Origin: a virus
Taxonomy: Duplodnaviria; Caudoviricetes
IMG/VR virus record: IMGVR_UViG_3300017700_000695
Span: 1 to 50,990 of that record
Direction: 5' to 3' (one strand)
DNA: 50,990 nucleotides
Under the pieces are notes generated by a model. That model was not told where the DNA came from, made no database searches, and saw nothing but the letters and a program-made list of their open reading frames with translations. Below, in pieces: positions 34,717 through 44,468 of the stretch. Each line of letters begins with the position of its first letter. The first letter of the stretch is position 1. The position numbers and the translations under genes are program-made.

Positions 34717-34836
34717 TTAATCCTGAAGGTGAGGGCTTCGCTCTTCCGCCAGGCGGCCAGCGATGAAGGCGGCGACGATCGACAGGCCGAAGACGCCCAC
34801 GACAACGCCATCCAAGAAGATGCCGAGGGCCGTCAC
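34717..34836 (-). CDS. Small single-TM protein
   Basis: GTG overlaps the upstream stop; hydrophobic 39 aa. Confidence 0.4.
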   Translation of the reverse strand: MTALGIFLDGVVVGVFGLSIVAAFIAGRLAEERSPHLQD

Positions 34837-35138
34837 TGGCCCGGCTCCTGAACGCGAAGATCGATGTCGCAGCCGATGACCTGACGCAGCGCCGCGCCGG
34901 CCGCCTCGACGTCGATGGTGAAGGAGCCGGGCGCTGCGTCGGACACGCCGATGCGGGCCTTCAGCTCTGGGGTCTTGAACAGGGTCAGCGGCAGGACGGC
35001 CTGACATGACATGCTGCGTTCGCCGCGGCGGAGAGTGGGCTCGCCGCGTGAGAAGCTGACGCCGCCGTTGGCGTCGAAGGTCAGCCAGAAGCCGTACTCG
35101 ATATGGTCGCTGCGGATGATGCTGTGGCGGGGGCTCAT
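34833..35138 (-). CDS. Hypothetical protein
   Basis: ATGA overlap with the upstream gene. Confidence 0.55.
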   Translation of the reverse strand: MSPRHSIIRSDHIEYGFWLTFDANGGVSFSRGEPTLRRGERSMSCQAVLPLTLFKTPELKARIGVSDAAPGSFTIDVEAAGAALRQVIGCDIDLRVQEPGQ

Positions 35139-35317
35139 TCGGCTTCCTGACATTCACGGGCGAAGTCGAGCGCGGCCTGGTGGGTCAACAGCAGGACCGG
35201 ACGGCCTTGCTGGTGGATCTCCACACCCTCTCGGGTGCTGATCAGGTGGTGGCGCTTCAGCTTGAGGGCTCCGATGGCCGAGGCCACGGCGGTGATGGTT
35301 TCGATATGGTCGCTCAT
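35135..35317 (-). CDS. Hypothetical protein
   Basis: ATGA-coupled 60-aa ORF. Confidence 0.5.
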   Translation of the reverse strand: MSDHIETITAVASAIGALKLKRHHLISTREGVEIHQQGRPVLLLTHQAALDFARECQEAE

Positions 35318-35799
35318 GTCTGCCTCGAGGGGATGAAGCGGCGCTGCACCCGGAGCCCGTCAGAGCCGCCCCGGAAGGCCTCGTAGAGCGCTGCGCAGTA
35401 GTCGGCGGCGTCTATGCCCAGGCGGGCCCAGAAGCTCTTCTGGCCTTTGTCGCAGGCGTTGGGGGCCAACTGGTGATGCCACCTGCAGAGGGGGCAGGAG
35501 TGCCGGTCATGGTCGCGCACGCCGAGCTTGGAGCCGTCGATGTGCTGGTGGGCGACTTCGATGGGGTTGGGCTCGCCCATCAGCTGGCGCGGTGTCGGTT
35601 CGCCCAGCATCTCGCAGGCGATGCAGACCAGCCCGCTCTCGTGCTGCCAGGACATGTAGTCGCCGTCACGGTCCCGGCCGCCCTTGGGCTTGATCCTGGC
35701 CTGGATGGTGCGCGCCGGCCGCTCGGCCTTTCGGGCGCGCTTGTCCTGGCGGATGATCTCGCGGGCGTCGGCCAAGGCCTTGGGGGAGGGGCGGATCAT
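35314..35799 (-). CDS. Ref/DUF968-like HNH nuclease
   Basis: CIAC, EVAH, D..SCPLCRWHH. Confidence 0.7.
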   Translation of the reverse strand: MIRPSPKALADAREIIRQDKRARKAERPARTIQARIKPKGGRDRDGDYMSWQHESGLVCIACEMLGEPTPRQLMGEPNPIEVAHQHIDGSKLGVRDHDRHSCPLCRWHHQLAPNACDKGQKSFWARLGIDAADYCAALYEAFRGGSDGLRVQRRFIPSRQT

Positions 35800-36299
35800 G
35801 CCCAACCCCCGTCATCTTGCGGAGTAACTCGGCAACACCACTCGTCTCGACGGTCGCAAGCGCCATCGCGGAGCACGTTCCCGCCCTCGCAGACCTTCAG
35901 CGGCGGCTCGTCACGGAAAGCCTTGATCCGGGTGTGCGGGCGCATCTTGCGGAACCGCAGGCGGTTGACGTCCTTATCTTCCGCCACGCACTCCGCATCC
36001 AGTTCGCCGGGGTCCACGACGCAGGAGAACTTGTGATCAGGGCGCGTCGCCAGAATGGTCGCGGCGACGTCCTTCACGCCCCATCGCTCGATGGGCTCGT
36101 CGGTGTAGTGGCGGTATCCGCCAAACGTCACCGTGGGGGTTGAGATGGTGATGCGCGTCCCAGGCTTCATGCGCGCGGCGAGAACGGCGCATGTGAAGGA
36201 GACGTTGCGAGCGCCGATTCCGGCGACTGCGGCGCGATAGACCTCCCGCTGTTCGCAGCCGTCGCGCGCGGGGCAACCGTGGCATGGGTTAAGTCTCAT
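35796..36299 (-). CDS. Cys-rich hypothetical protein
   Basis: Coupled ORF with multiple Cys clusters. Confidence 0.55.
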   Translation of the reverse strand: MRLNPCHGCPARDGCEQREVYRAAVAGIGARNVSFTCAVLAARMKPGTRITISTPTVTFGGYRHYTDEPIERWGVKDVAATILATRPDHKFSCVVDPGELDAECVAEDKDVNRLRFRKMRPHTRIKAFRDEPPLKVCEGGNVLRDGACDRRDEWCCRVTPQDDGGWA

Positions 36300-36805
36300 G
36301 CCGCCCGAGCCTGCTGCAGCTGGCCGACCTCAACGCCGAGAAGCGTCGACAGGTAGGACAGCACGTCGGACTTTGAACGCGCGAAGGTCTCGCGATCCAT
36401 GGACCGCATGTCCTGGCTCTTGGCCGTGAAGCGCGTCACGACCTTCCCGTCGACCGACACGACCGCGAAGTCGTCGCGGCCTTGGAGGGCTGCGGCGAGG
36501 CGCCGGGCCTCAGTCTTGAACTTGCAGACGTAGACCTCGGCGTCACAGTGGCCGGTGGCGATCAATGCGTTCTTCCGGAGCGCGTCGGCCGACCGGAACC
36601 GCTCCGCCAGGTGCTCGGGAAGGTTCTGCCAAGCCTCGTTGACGGCAGCGAAAAAATGCCTGTGGGTGACACTGGACCGCTCTTCATGACGGATCAGCGA
36701 GGCGATCTCACCGGCGCCGTAGTGGTCACGCGCCACCTTCAGGAAGTTCGGCAGCGGCCGGAACACTTCCCCGTCGAACATCGTCGGGATGGGAGGCGCG
36801 CTCAT
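36296..36805 (-). CDS. NinB-like recombination accessory protein
   Basis: ERS...HRHFFA....AWQNLPE and AKSQ....M....F..SK.DVL. Confidence 0.6.
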   Translation of the reverse strand: MSAPPIPTMFDGEVFRPLPNFLKVARDHYGAGEIASLIRHEERSSVTHRHFFAAVNEAWQNLPEHLAERFRSADALRKNALIATGHCDAEVYVCKFKTEARRLAAALQGRDDFAVVSVDGKVVTRFTAKSQDMRSMDRETFARSKSDVLSYLSTLLGVEVGQLQQARAA

Positions 36806-36908
36806 CGGCGGCCACCCATCGGGCCGTTGCGCCCGGGAAAGGCAGCCTTCACCTGCGCGAAGAAGGCGCGGGCCTCGGCTGTAGTGATTTCTTCGACGGC
36901 CGGACGCG

Positions 36909-37616
36909 TCATTTCGCCCTCCGCCGTTCAAGTTCACGCTGGGCGTTCCACTTGAGGTCCGACTCCATCGTGGGCTGGTTGAGCATCCACGACAGGAAGC
37001 CAGCCTCGACGTCGGACCACTTGTGCCCGCGGAACTTGCCGATCGGGCAGGTTGGGAGGAGTCGCGGCTCCTGGGTCCAGGCGACCATCTCGCGGCCGGT
37101 CGCGGCGGCGGCGAAGAGTGCTTTCAGGATGTGCGCGGTGACATAGGCGTCAGGCCCCGCTCGGTGCGGCGGCATGGCCGTCTCGTGGTCGAGTGAGAGG
37201 AGGCCTTGATCCTCTAGCCAGTAGCGCAGGACGCCATTCGAATGGCTCGGCGCCTCAGGCCAGACCCGCAACGCCGCCTTCAGCGTGCAGATCGTGTTGA
37301 GGATCGGGTCGCCGAGGAACTTCAATTCGAAATCCAGATTGTGGGCGACCAGAGCGGCGCACTCGCTGGCGTCTTCGATCAGGCGGGTAGCGTCGAAGGG
37401 CGCGAGCCCGGCAACCTCCGCCGCGGTGATGTGGTGGACGGCGCGGACCTCGGGCGGAATGGATGCGACGCCGCAGAGCCAGGAGACCGGCTTGCCGACC
37501 TCCCAGGCTGCGCCGGGGGCTTCCTGCACCAGATCGCAGTAGCCGACCTCCACCACCTCGGCGGGGGGCTCCATGCCAGTCGTTTCGAAGTCGATGACGC
37601 GAAGGATATGGCGCAT
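36909..37616 (-). CDS. DEDDh 3'-5' exonuclease (ExoX-like)
   Basis: VIDFETTG, VAHNLDFE, HRAGPDAYVT, C-terminal PIGKFRG..W. Confidence 0.88.
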   Translation of the reverse strand: MRHILRVIDFETTGMEPPAEVVEVGYCDLVQEAPGAAWEVGKPVSWLCGVASIPPEVRAVHHITAAEVAGLAPFDATRLIEDASECAALVAHNLDFELKFLGDPILNTICTLKAALRVWPEAPSHSNGVLRYWLEDQGLLSLDHETAMPPHRAGPDAYVTAHILKALFAAAATGREMVAWTQEPRLLPTCPIGKFRGHKWSDVEAGFLSWMLNQPTMESDLKWNAQRELERRRAK

Positions 37617-38242
37617 CAGGCGGCCACCTTCTCGGGCTGGCCATAGCGCCGGACCTTCTCCACGGTCTCGTGGAGCTCGACGTTGAACACGTCGACGGCG
37701 TGCGCCAGGTCGCGGATGAAATTCTCATCCCGATAGGCGCGCTTCACGAAGAGCGGCAGGCCGGGCCAGTAGACGCCGAGGTCGATCCATTCCCGCTCGG
37801 CCACCCAGAGAGCGCCCTGGCACTGCGCCCGGTGCTCGCTGGGGAACTCGTCCTTCAACAGGCAGGCGATGTGCAGCTCAGGCTTCTTGGTCTTGAACTC
37901 GACCATGCCGTTGGCGTCGATCAGGCCGTCGGGGCTGCATCCCTTGGGGCCGTTGACGATGAAGCCGACTTGGCGGACATCCTGGCCCTGAGTGAAGGCG
38001 TAGGCCTCGCGGGCGTCGTCCTCCATCGCGTTGCCGCGCTCCATCTCGGCGCTCTTGAAGGTCTCCGCCGGTTGGCCGGTGATGATCTCGCCGGCCAGGC
38101 GCAGCATGTAGGTTCGGCGGGTCTTGCCCTCGCCCTTCGCCATGATGTCGGAGAACTTCGACGACGTCGGCAGGCCGCAGCGCAGTTGGTGCCAAGCCTC
38201 GGTGCCTTGCTCGACGGCGTCGTGGATGATGGGTCCGCTCAT
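37616..38242 (-). CDS. YqaJ/lambda-exonuclease family 5'-3' exonuclease
   Basis: QGTEAW..LR.G..TSS, RG...E, GCSPDGL, EFK, QCQ..LWV. Confidence 0.9.
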   Translation of the reverse strand: MSGPIIHDAVEQGTEAWHQLRCGLPTSSKFSDIMAKGEGKTRRTYMLRLAGEIITGQPAETFKSAEMERGNAMEDDAREAYAFTQGQDVRQVGFIVNGPKGCSPDGLIDANGMVEFKTKKPELHIACLLKDEFPSEHRAQCQGALWVAEREWIDLGVYWPGLPLFVKRAYRDENFIRDLAHAVDVFNVELHETVEKVRRYGQPEKVAA

Positions 38243-39054
38243 TGGCCGGCTCCCTGCTGGGTCTTGGCGTTGGCGGCCTTCTTCTGCGCAAGCAGGCGGC
38301 ATGCGTGCTGGAAGTCCCGCTTGGGCAGATGGGCGAGGGTGTCGACCTTCAGGACGTTCAGGAAGCGATCCCGGTCAGCACCGCTCTCGTCGATGAGCCT
38401 CGCCAGGTCGGCGACCTGTTGCTCGCTGATCCAGTCGTTCGGGTCCTGCTGGCGGCCGGCGCGGTTGCCGTCGTCATCGTCACCCACGGCGATGTTAAAG
38501 ATCAGCTTCAGGAGGTAGCGCTGGCCATAGGACATGGCCGACCCCGTGGCGTGGGTCTTGGTCATGACGTCGCCGCCCTTGGCGCCCTTGCCGTCGGCGG
38601 GCATGTCGATGTGATAGGTGCGGCTGAACCCAGCCTCGTGGGAGACGTAGCACTCGACCCGAACGTGGTCGGCGGGGGCGTTGTCGCCCTGGTTGAAGCT
38701 CAGGCCGAAGCCATGCGTCGTGTAGATCGGCCGGGCCATCGCATCGAGCGCCTGGTAGTCCGCATAGCGGCTGCTGGTCTGCTTGTTGGCCTTGTTCGTC
38801 CGGACGGCGCCCATTTCACCCTGGGCGGCCTTCATGGCGGCATTGAACGCGGCCTCGGCGTCCTGGGCCTTCAGGCGCTCATAGAACGTCTGCATGCGTT
38901 CGAGCTTGTCGAAGTCCAGGTCCTTCCCGGCCCGGATCATCAGATCCATGACCTTGGAGGCGTCGGTCTTGATGACCTGGGCGCCGCGCGGCTTTGGCGT
39001 GACGTCGAGGGCTTGGGTTTCGTGGTCGATGACCATGGGGGCGGCTGCGCTCAT
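38239..39054 (-). CDS. erf: ERF-family single-strand annealing protein
   Basis: YADY, HGF.LSF, H..G.S, GSAMSYGQRY.L..IFNI...DDDDG. Confidence 0.88.
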   Translation of the reverse strand: MSAAAPMVIDHETQALDVTPKPRGAQVIKTDASKVMDLMIRAGKDLDFDKLERMQTFYERLKAQDAEAAFNAAMKAAQGEMGAVRTNKANKQTSSRYADYQALDAMARPIYTTHGFGLSFNQGDNAPADHVRVECYVSHEAGFSRTYHIDMPADGKGAKGGDVMTKTHATGSAMSYGQRYLLKLIFNIAVGDDDDGNRAGRQQDPNDWISEQQVADLARLIDESGADRDRFLNVLKVDTLAHLPKRDFQHACRLLAQKKAANAKTQQGAGQ

Positions 39055-39062
39055 GTCGAACC

Positions 39063-40151
39063 TCAGAACTGAATGGAAATGTTGGGGACGGAGCCGGCGC
39101 GGATGGCCTTCACGACGGCCTGGGCCTGCTCTTCGGTGACGCCGAGACCCATGATCGCCAGCTTGGCGGCGCCCATGATCTTGGCGGCGTGGGTGCGGTT
39201 CTTCTCGCGAAGGGCGGTTTCGTCGGCGATCCGCTTGGCCTCTGCCGCTTCGGCGTCCTTCTGCCGCTGGATGCGGTCGAGTTCGGCCTGGTGGGCGCGG
39301 GCTTGCTCGGCGAGGGCGGCTTGGGCGTTGCGCTCGGCTTCGGCTTGGGCGGCAGCAGCGGCCTCGGTGGCGGCGCGTTCCCGGGCCTCCTGCTCACGCT
39401 GAGCGCGCGCGGCTTCGTCGGCGGCGCGGCGTTCTTCGGCCTCGGCGGCGATGCGTGCGGCGTTGGCCGCGGCTTCGGCGCGTTGACGCTCTTCCTCCGC
39501 CAGGCGGTCCCGCGCGGCGCGCGCTTCGTTCTCGGCGCGCAGACGGGCCAGTTCGGCGCGGTCGGCTTCCTCCTGGGTCAGCCGGGCGTGAAGGGCGTTC
39601 AGCGCCTCGATGGCGGACCCGCGCGCGGCTTCGGCGCGGTCCAGGCTGTCGCCGAACACTTTCGGATCGAAGGTCATCTCCTGCAGCTTGGCGGCGCGGC
39701 CGGCGACGGCGGAGGCGGTGTCATCCACCAGCTGGCGTGAGAGGTCTTCGATGGCGGCGAAGCAGTTCGCGACGGTCTCGACGCGGGCCTTCTCCGCCTC
39801 TTCCCATTCGGTCAGGGGGCGCCGGGCCTCGGCGGCGAGCGCTTCCAGACGATCCCAGATCACACGGCCCGCTGCGTTGGCGGCGTCCACCTGCTTGCGG
39901 GCGTCCTCCGTCAGCTTCTTGCGGGCGGCATCGACGGCGGTCTTGGTCTTGGTGACCTTGAAGGCCAGGGACTTGATGGCCTCCCGGCCCTTGGCCGTGG
40001 TGAGGTCGGGAACATGGGCCTCGACCTCCGCCTTCACTCGGACGAAGAACGCCTCGGCCTTCTCCTTGTCAGTCAGGACGGCGAGGGCGGTTTCAGGCTC
40101 GGCGACGAACGAGACGGCGCCTTCCTCGGTGATGTTGACGGGCGCGTTCAT
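39063..40151 (-). CDS. Coiled-coil phage protein (TolA-like composition)
   Basis: PDL.TAKGR.AI.SLA.KV.K.K and RRPLTEWE motifs. Confidence 0.75.
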   Translation of the reverse strand: MNAPVNITEEGAVSFVAEPETALAVLTDKEKAEAFFVRVKAEVEAHVPDLTTAKGREAIKSLAFKVTKTKTAVDAARKKLTEDARKQVDAANAAGRVIWDRLEALAAEARRPLTEWEEAEKARVETVANCFAAIEDLSRQLVDDTASAVAGRAAKLQEMTFDPKVFGDSLDRAEAARGSAIEALNALHARLTQEEADRAELARLRAENEARAARDRLAEEERQRAEAAANAARIAAEAEERRAADEAARAQREQEARERAATEAAAAAQAEAERNAQAALAEQARAHQAELDRIQRQKDAEAAEAKRIADETALREKNRTHAAKIMGAAKLAIMGLGVTEEQAQAVVKAIRAGSVPNISIQF

Positions 40152-40240
40152 CTAGAGGCTCGCTTCAATGATGCGGATGAGGGTCGCCAGCAGACCGCCG
40201 GCGGCGAAGGCTGCGATGCAGCCGGTGAGGGCGTCAGACG

Positions 40241-40471
40241 TCATGCCGACACCAGCTTGAGGTGTTCACGCCCTTGGGTGTGGACGCGCGGGGCGGGGCG
40301 GTAGACGCGGCGGCGGGTCGTGGTGACCGTGACCTCGTCAATCTGGACGCCGGGGTAGGTGAGGGCGTTGGCCGCCGCCCACTTCCGGGCAGCTCCGGCA
40401 TCCCCGAAGGTCCGAAGCACGGTCCCCACGGTGTTGACGGCCTGATAGTCGGTGCGATGGGTCTGGGTCAT
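40241..40471 (-). CDS. Hypothetical protein
   Basis: ATGA-coupled. Confidence 0.55.
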   Translation of the reverse strand: MTQTHRTDYQAVNTVGTVLRTFGDAGAARKWAAANALTYPGVQIDEVTVTTTRRRVYRPAPRVHTQGREHLKLVSA

Positions 40472-41034
40472 GCTGCGACCTCGCGCTGTGCGCGGGCCTC
40501 TGCATTGTGGCCCTCCATCGCCAGCATGAAGGTCGACGCCGGAACTTCGATCAGGTGAGCGGGAGGCTCCCAGCCGTCGTCGGCCTGGCGCGGTATGTCG
40601 AGGAAGTGGCGCTCGACCGGGAACAGGAACCGATAGGCAGTCGGCCAGTAGATTTTGAAGCCGTCCATGGGCGCTGAGGCGACCCGATAGCCAAGCTCAC
40701 TGGCGAGATCCTCGGCTGTCGGCGCGTTCTCGAAGGCCGCTAAAGCAGTGACGGCAAGCTTCCCGGTCGCGGTACGCTTGTCGGGAACACACGCCACCAG
40801 ACCGCCCACCTCACGCTGGCTATACTTCCAGCCCGCAGGTGCATCGCCACTGCGGAAGATCAGGTGCCGGATGCCGGTTTTGCCGTTGTTGCGGCGGAAC
40901 CCCATGGCGCCGAACGCCTCAGCGAGCTTCATCCCGGCGTCGTTGCGTTCTAGCTCGGCGGCGTAGTGCGCTGCGCAGATCGGCAGAGCCTCGGCAGCGA
41001 CCTCGTAGTAGGTTCGGAAGACGGGACCGGACAT
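40468..41034 (-). CDS. Hypothetical protein
   Basis: 188 aa in the leftward operon. Confidence 0.6.
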   Translation of the reverse strand: MSGPVFRTYYEVAAEALPICAAHYAAELERNDAGMKLAEAFGAMGFRRNNGKTGIRHLIFRSGDAPAGWKYSQREVGGLVACVPDKRTATGKLAVTALAAFENAPTAEDLASELGYRVASAPMDGFKIYWPTAYRFLFPVERHFLDIPRQADDGWEPPAHLIEVPASTFMLAMEGHNAEARAQREVAA

Positions 41035-41397
41035 CTACGCGGCTCCTTGGGTATTCGGTTCGGCCAGCATGTCGGCCAGGGCCCGGCAGCCGTCAGCGAC
41101 CGCAAGGCGGGGCATGGCGTCTTCCGTGGGGATGGAGAGGAGTTCGGTCAGGGCCTCGCCAACCGCGGCGGGATTGACCTGAGACGGCTGACATAGGGAC
41201 TGCCGGTAGACCGCATAGCAGCGATCAGCGGTGTGCTCGTAGCCGACGGCCTTGAGGGTGTTCAGGGCGCCGACGAGCCGGCCGCCGGGGGTGCGCTGCC
41301 AGGCCGCGAGGTCGGCGGCGTTCGTGGCGACCCGGGCGGCCATGTCGATAGGCATGGCGCGGGCGGGGCGAGGGGGGAACTGAAGGACCTGGGCCAT
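41035..41397 (-). CDS. Hypothetical protein
   Basis: MAQVLQFP start; adjacent to neighbouring genes. Confidence 0.55.
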   Translation of the reverse strand: MAQVLQFPPRPARAMPIDMAARVATNAADLAAWQRTPGGRLVGALNTLKAVGYEHTADRCYAVYRQSLCQPSQVNPAAVGEALTELLSIPTEDAMPRLAVADGCRALADMLAEPNTQGAA

Positions 41398-41399
41398 GG

Positions 41400-41696
41400 C
41401 TATTCGGCCGCCAGGAGCATGGGGGCCGCCGCAGGGGTGACCGGGATGAAGTGGCCGTACTTAAGTTCGACCTCGCCCTCGATCAGGCGGACCATGGCGA
41501 CGGCTTCACGAACGCGCTGGCGGGTGAAGGCGGGGTGAGAGGCCAGGGCGAACCGCGAGCGCTGAGCCTTGCGGTGGCGCTGGATGCTCTCCGTCAGGCG
41601 GATGCGGGCATGGCCCATCTCGACGGCGAGGGGCGTGCAGCCGGCGAGCTTGTCGACGCGGCGGGTGTCTCGGGTCTGGGTGGTTGCGAGGTGCAT
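41400..41696 (-). CDS. First gene of the leftward early operon
   Basis: GGAG RBS downstream of the operator cluster. Confidence 0.55.
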   Translation of the reverse strand: MHLATTQTRDTRRVDKLAGCTPLAVEMGHARIRLTESIQRHRKAQRSRFALASHPAFTRQRVREAVAMVRLIEGEVELKYGHFIPVTPAAAPMLLAAE

Positions 41697-41724
41697 GTCT
41701 GCGCTCCGTTGAGGAGTGCAGAAT

Positions 41725-41800
41725 GTGCGACTATCGCACCGACGTCAAATGAAAATCGCACGTATTAGGCAGAAAAGTGCGATCGTGTGCGATCTATTGC
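41725..41800. promoter_or_regulatory. Leftward operator cluster (OL-like)
   Basis: Perfect GTGCGA-CTA-TCGCAC at 41725-41739 plus half sites (ATCGCAC, GTGCGAT x2). Confidence 0.75.
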
Positions 41801-42336
41801 GTGACGATGATTTCCTGTTCGACGCCGCCGGCCAGATCAACCCGTCGAAGGATTTCCCCACCCTGCGCGATGGGGCCGTACTGAGAGGGGGCTGACCATG
41901 TGACCGTCGGGACAACGTAGAAGGCGCCATCCGGCAGAGCGCGGAAGTTGAAGCGGCCCATCGAGTTGCAAGTGGTGGTTCGAATGTACGGCGCCACCTC
42001 GGGCCGCAGGGGCGGAGGGCCTCGCAACAGCAGCGGGACCGGAAGGCGCAATCCACCCGACGTAGAGCCGAAGGTCCTGATGGCGTAGGCGTCTGTGTAT
42101 GGAGTGACCGGGATCAATTGAACCGGCAAGCCAGCGCATGTCTTTACATCGCCGCCCTGCGTTCGTAGCAGCGCTTCCCCGGAAATGGAGTTTGAGCCCG
42201 TCGCGCGGGACCACTCAAAGGCGGCCAAGTCGAGTGGTGGCTCAGGCGGCTTTGGGGCGCGCTTGGCGTTGACCGGCCCCGCCGCAGCGATGGAGATCGC
42301 CGCAATTGAGATGCCTATAAGCGTCGAGCGAACCAT
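41794..42336 (-). CDS. Exported protein downstream of cI
   Basis: Signal peptide; G..SISG.A.L.T.GG.VKTCAG..V.L.P and G.F.F..LP.G.FY motifs. Confidence 0.7.
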   Translation of the reverse strand: MVRSTLIGISIAAISIAAAGPVNAKRAPKPPEPPLDLAAFEWSRATGSNSISGEALLRTQGGDVKTCAGLPVQLIPVTPYTDAYAIRTFGSTSGGLRLPVPLLLRGPPPLRPEVAPYIRTTTCNSMGRFNFRALPDGAFYVVPTVTWSAPSQYGPIAQGGEILRRVDLAGGVEQEIIVTQ

Positions 42337-42947
42337 ACCGGTCTCCCCATGATCGTCACTTCGTCTGGATCAAAGTCTTCGGGCCCAAACTCGGCATTCG
42401 ATGACGAGATCCTGAGCTTTGTCCGCTTCTCGACCCAAGCCACGTTCTTCACAACGTAGCCGTCATCATAGAGCAAGGCGAACGGGCCAGGCTGCGTCGG
42501 ACTTCGGTCGCGCCGGTCGATGATCAGCTGGTCTCCATGGAAGAACAGCGGCTCCATGCTGTTGCCGCGGACGTTGATCACTAGCAGGTCGGTGGACCTC
42601 GCCCGCAGCTCATCCTCCACCAGGCGGCGCGAGATAAGCGCGCTCTCTCGGTCGGCGTCGCCGGTCCCGCCACCGCCCATGCCGGCGAAGGTCGGCAGCA
42701 CCTCGACCTCAACATACTCGCGGTGTCCGTCGACCTCGGGAAGGTCGGGTGTGTTCCCTATGTGCTGATCGGGATGACCGTACTCGGCCAGGAGGTCCAG
42801 CAGGGGTTGGACCTCGGCCGCCTTCATGCTGCGGATGCCCGCGAGCATCTTCGTGGCCGCCGTGCGGTCGCGGCCGATTGCCTCCGCGATGCGGTTTTGG
42901 GGCACCTGGTGGCGCTTCAGGGCTTCGATGATTCCGGCAGCGTCCAT
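42315..42947 (-). CDS. cI: CI-like repressor (HTH plus S24 peptidase)
   Basis: QNRIAEAIGRDRTAATKML HTH; AGMGGG; VRGNSMEP; VVK. Confidence 0.9.
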   Translation of the reverse strand: MDAAGIIEALKRHQVPQNRIAEAIGRDRTAATKMLAGIRSMKAAEVQPLLDLLAEYGHPDQHIGNTPDLPEVDGHREYVEVEVLPTFAGMGGGGTGDADRESALISRRLVEDELRARSTDLLVINVRGNSMEPLFFHGDQLIIDRRDRSPTQPGPFALLYDDGYVVKNVAWVEKRTKLRISSSNAEFGPEDFDPDEVTIMGRPVWFARRL

Positions 42948-42957
42948 GGTTGGGACC

Positions 42958-43031
42958 CTGCGGAAATCGCACAGCACATGCGAGTGCGATTGACGCACGT
43001 TGAATGTGCGATTATGGTCCTCAAATCGCAC
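42958..43031. promoter_or_regulatory. Rightward operator cluster (OR-like)
   Basis: CTGCGGAAATCGCAC, GTGCGATTGACGCAC and half sites, same consensus as OL. Confidence 0.75.
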
Positions 43032-43049
43032 ATCGCATGAGGGCTCGAC

Positions 43050-43295
43050 TTGGCCAGCGTCTTTCAGAAGTTCGGGGGTATCCGGCCGATGGCCGCCAAA
43101 CTTGGCGACGTCCCGCCCTCGACCATCATGAGCTGGCACGCCAAGCGGAAAATTCCGTCCTGGCGTCATGACTCGATCCTGGCCTCGGCGAAGCGCCTCG
43201 GCATCGCGCTCGAAGTGTCCGAGCTTCTGAACATTCCGGAAGACGAGCCCGCGAATCGCACCTTCACCCCCATCGAAGCCGGGAGGGCGGCATGA
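43050..43295 (+). CDS. cro: Cro-like HTH regulator
   Basis: FGGIRPMAAKLG..PPSTI.SW....IP; divergent from cI. Confidence 0.8.
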   Translation: MASVFQKFGGIRPMAAKLGDVPPSTIMSWHAKRKIPSWRHDSILASAKRLGIALEVSELLNIPEDEPANRTFTPIEAGRAA

Positions 43296-43606
43296 CTCTG
43301 CCGATCCCCCCGAGCTTGGACGGAGCGCGCTGGCGGGCCGCTGAGCGTCCCCAAACCGCAGAATGTGTGCTGAGCGGCTTCTATGCCGTCGGCCCAGCTG
43401 ATGCCCCCTCTGTGGCCTACGTGTTTGGGCGTGAGGAGGCGCTGTTGATCGCGGCCGGGCCGAGGCTGTTGGCGGCCCTGGCGGCGCTTGAGCCCTACCT
43501 CGACGCCATCGTCTGTTACGCGTCGACCATGGACGAGCACGAGCCAAACCGGCTGGCCGTCGATGCCCGCGAAGCCGTCGGCGCAGCCCTCGGAAAGCCC
43601 GTCTGA
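43292..43606 (+). CDS. Hypothetical protein
   Basis: A.LIAA.P.LL.AL motif; ATGA-coupled. Confidence 0.6.
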   Translation: MTLPIPPSLDGARWRAAERPQTAECVLSGFYAVGPADAPSVAYVFGREEALLIAAGPRLLAALAALEPYLDAIVCYASTMDEHEPNRLAVDAREAVGAALGKPV

Positions 43607-43979
43607 TGCGCGGCTCCCAACCACAGAACACGTCGCGCCGCGCCTCCCCATGCGGTCGCACGCGTCAAGCCCCCGGCGCCTTCGTGGCTGCCGGGGGTCA
43701 TGACTTCCAATCACGCGCGCAAACGAGCCCATCGCCAGTGCGCCTGAGGGCAGGGGGCGACCTCTCACGTCTCCTGCCCAATTCATCGCAGGAAGGGGCC
43801 ATCAATCCCCTTCGCCCGCATGATGTATCGACGCGCTGCCCGTGCAAGGGCTCTGCGCGTCCGTTCATCCGTCTCGGCCGCGCAAGCCTCCAAGCTCCTA
43901 AGCGCGGCCCTGTAAGCATCCCTGTCTCGCCGTCCCTGCCGTCCTCCCACTTCGTGAACTCCCGTCTAGGTCTCCATCA

Positions 43980-44369
43980 ATGACCTACTCAGGGGTGCAA
44001 AGCATGCGGGATGATCCGCAACTTTTGTCGAAGCGTCTGGCGACCTACGTCCTGCACTGGCCGGCGAAGGATCTGGCCGATGCGGTGGGATGCGACGTGC
44101 GCACCGCCGAGAATATCAAGCGCGGCCATTGGCCCGTCGCCCGCCATTGGATTGGCCTGCTCCACACCTTCGGCCGCGACATCACCGACGCCGTTTTTCA
44201 CCCCGACGAAGCCACAGTTCGGCTCGAAAGAGAAATCCGTGACCTCCAACGCCAACTTGCCGCGACGCGGAGGGCTGCGGATGCGGCTTCGCGCACTGCG
44301 GCTCGCCTGGGTGCGGCTCGTAACCGCCCTCAAGACCGGACCTCCGCCGACCTGACGCCTGAGCCCTAG
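43980..44369 (+). CDS. CII-like HTH regulator
   Basis: AKDLADAVGCDVRTAENI..G..P followed by a coiled coil. Confidence 0.65.
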   Translation: MTYSGVQSMRDDPQLLSKRLATYVLHWPAKDLADAVGCDVRTAENIKRGHWPVARHWIGLLHTFGRDITDAVFHPDEATVRLEREIRDLQRQLAATRRAADAASRTAARLGAARNRPQDRTSADLTPEP

Positions 44370-44468
44370 GCCCACGCCAGAACAAAACCCGACCGCTGAT
44401 CGCCCTCTGAGCGACCGGCACACACCGAAAACCACCAGCAGCCCGAGGGCTGATTAGGGAGCGAAATC

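Noticed and set aside
42948-43661. 448-aa extended CI ORF
   Set aside because: The extension crosses the operators and cro; the HTH begins after the ATG at 42947.
43606-43983. 125-aa ORF between the cro region and the CII-like gene
   Set aside because: It is Ser/Arg/Pro-rich with atypical codon usage and is more likely a non-coding regulatory interval.
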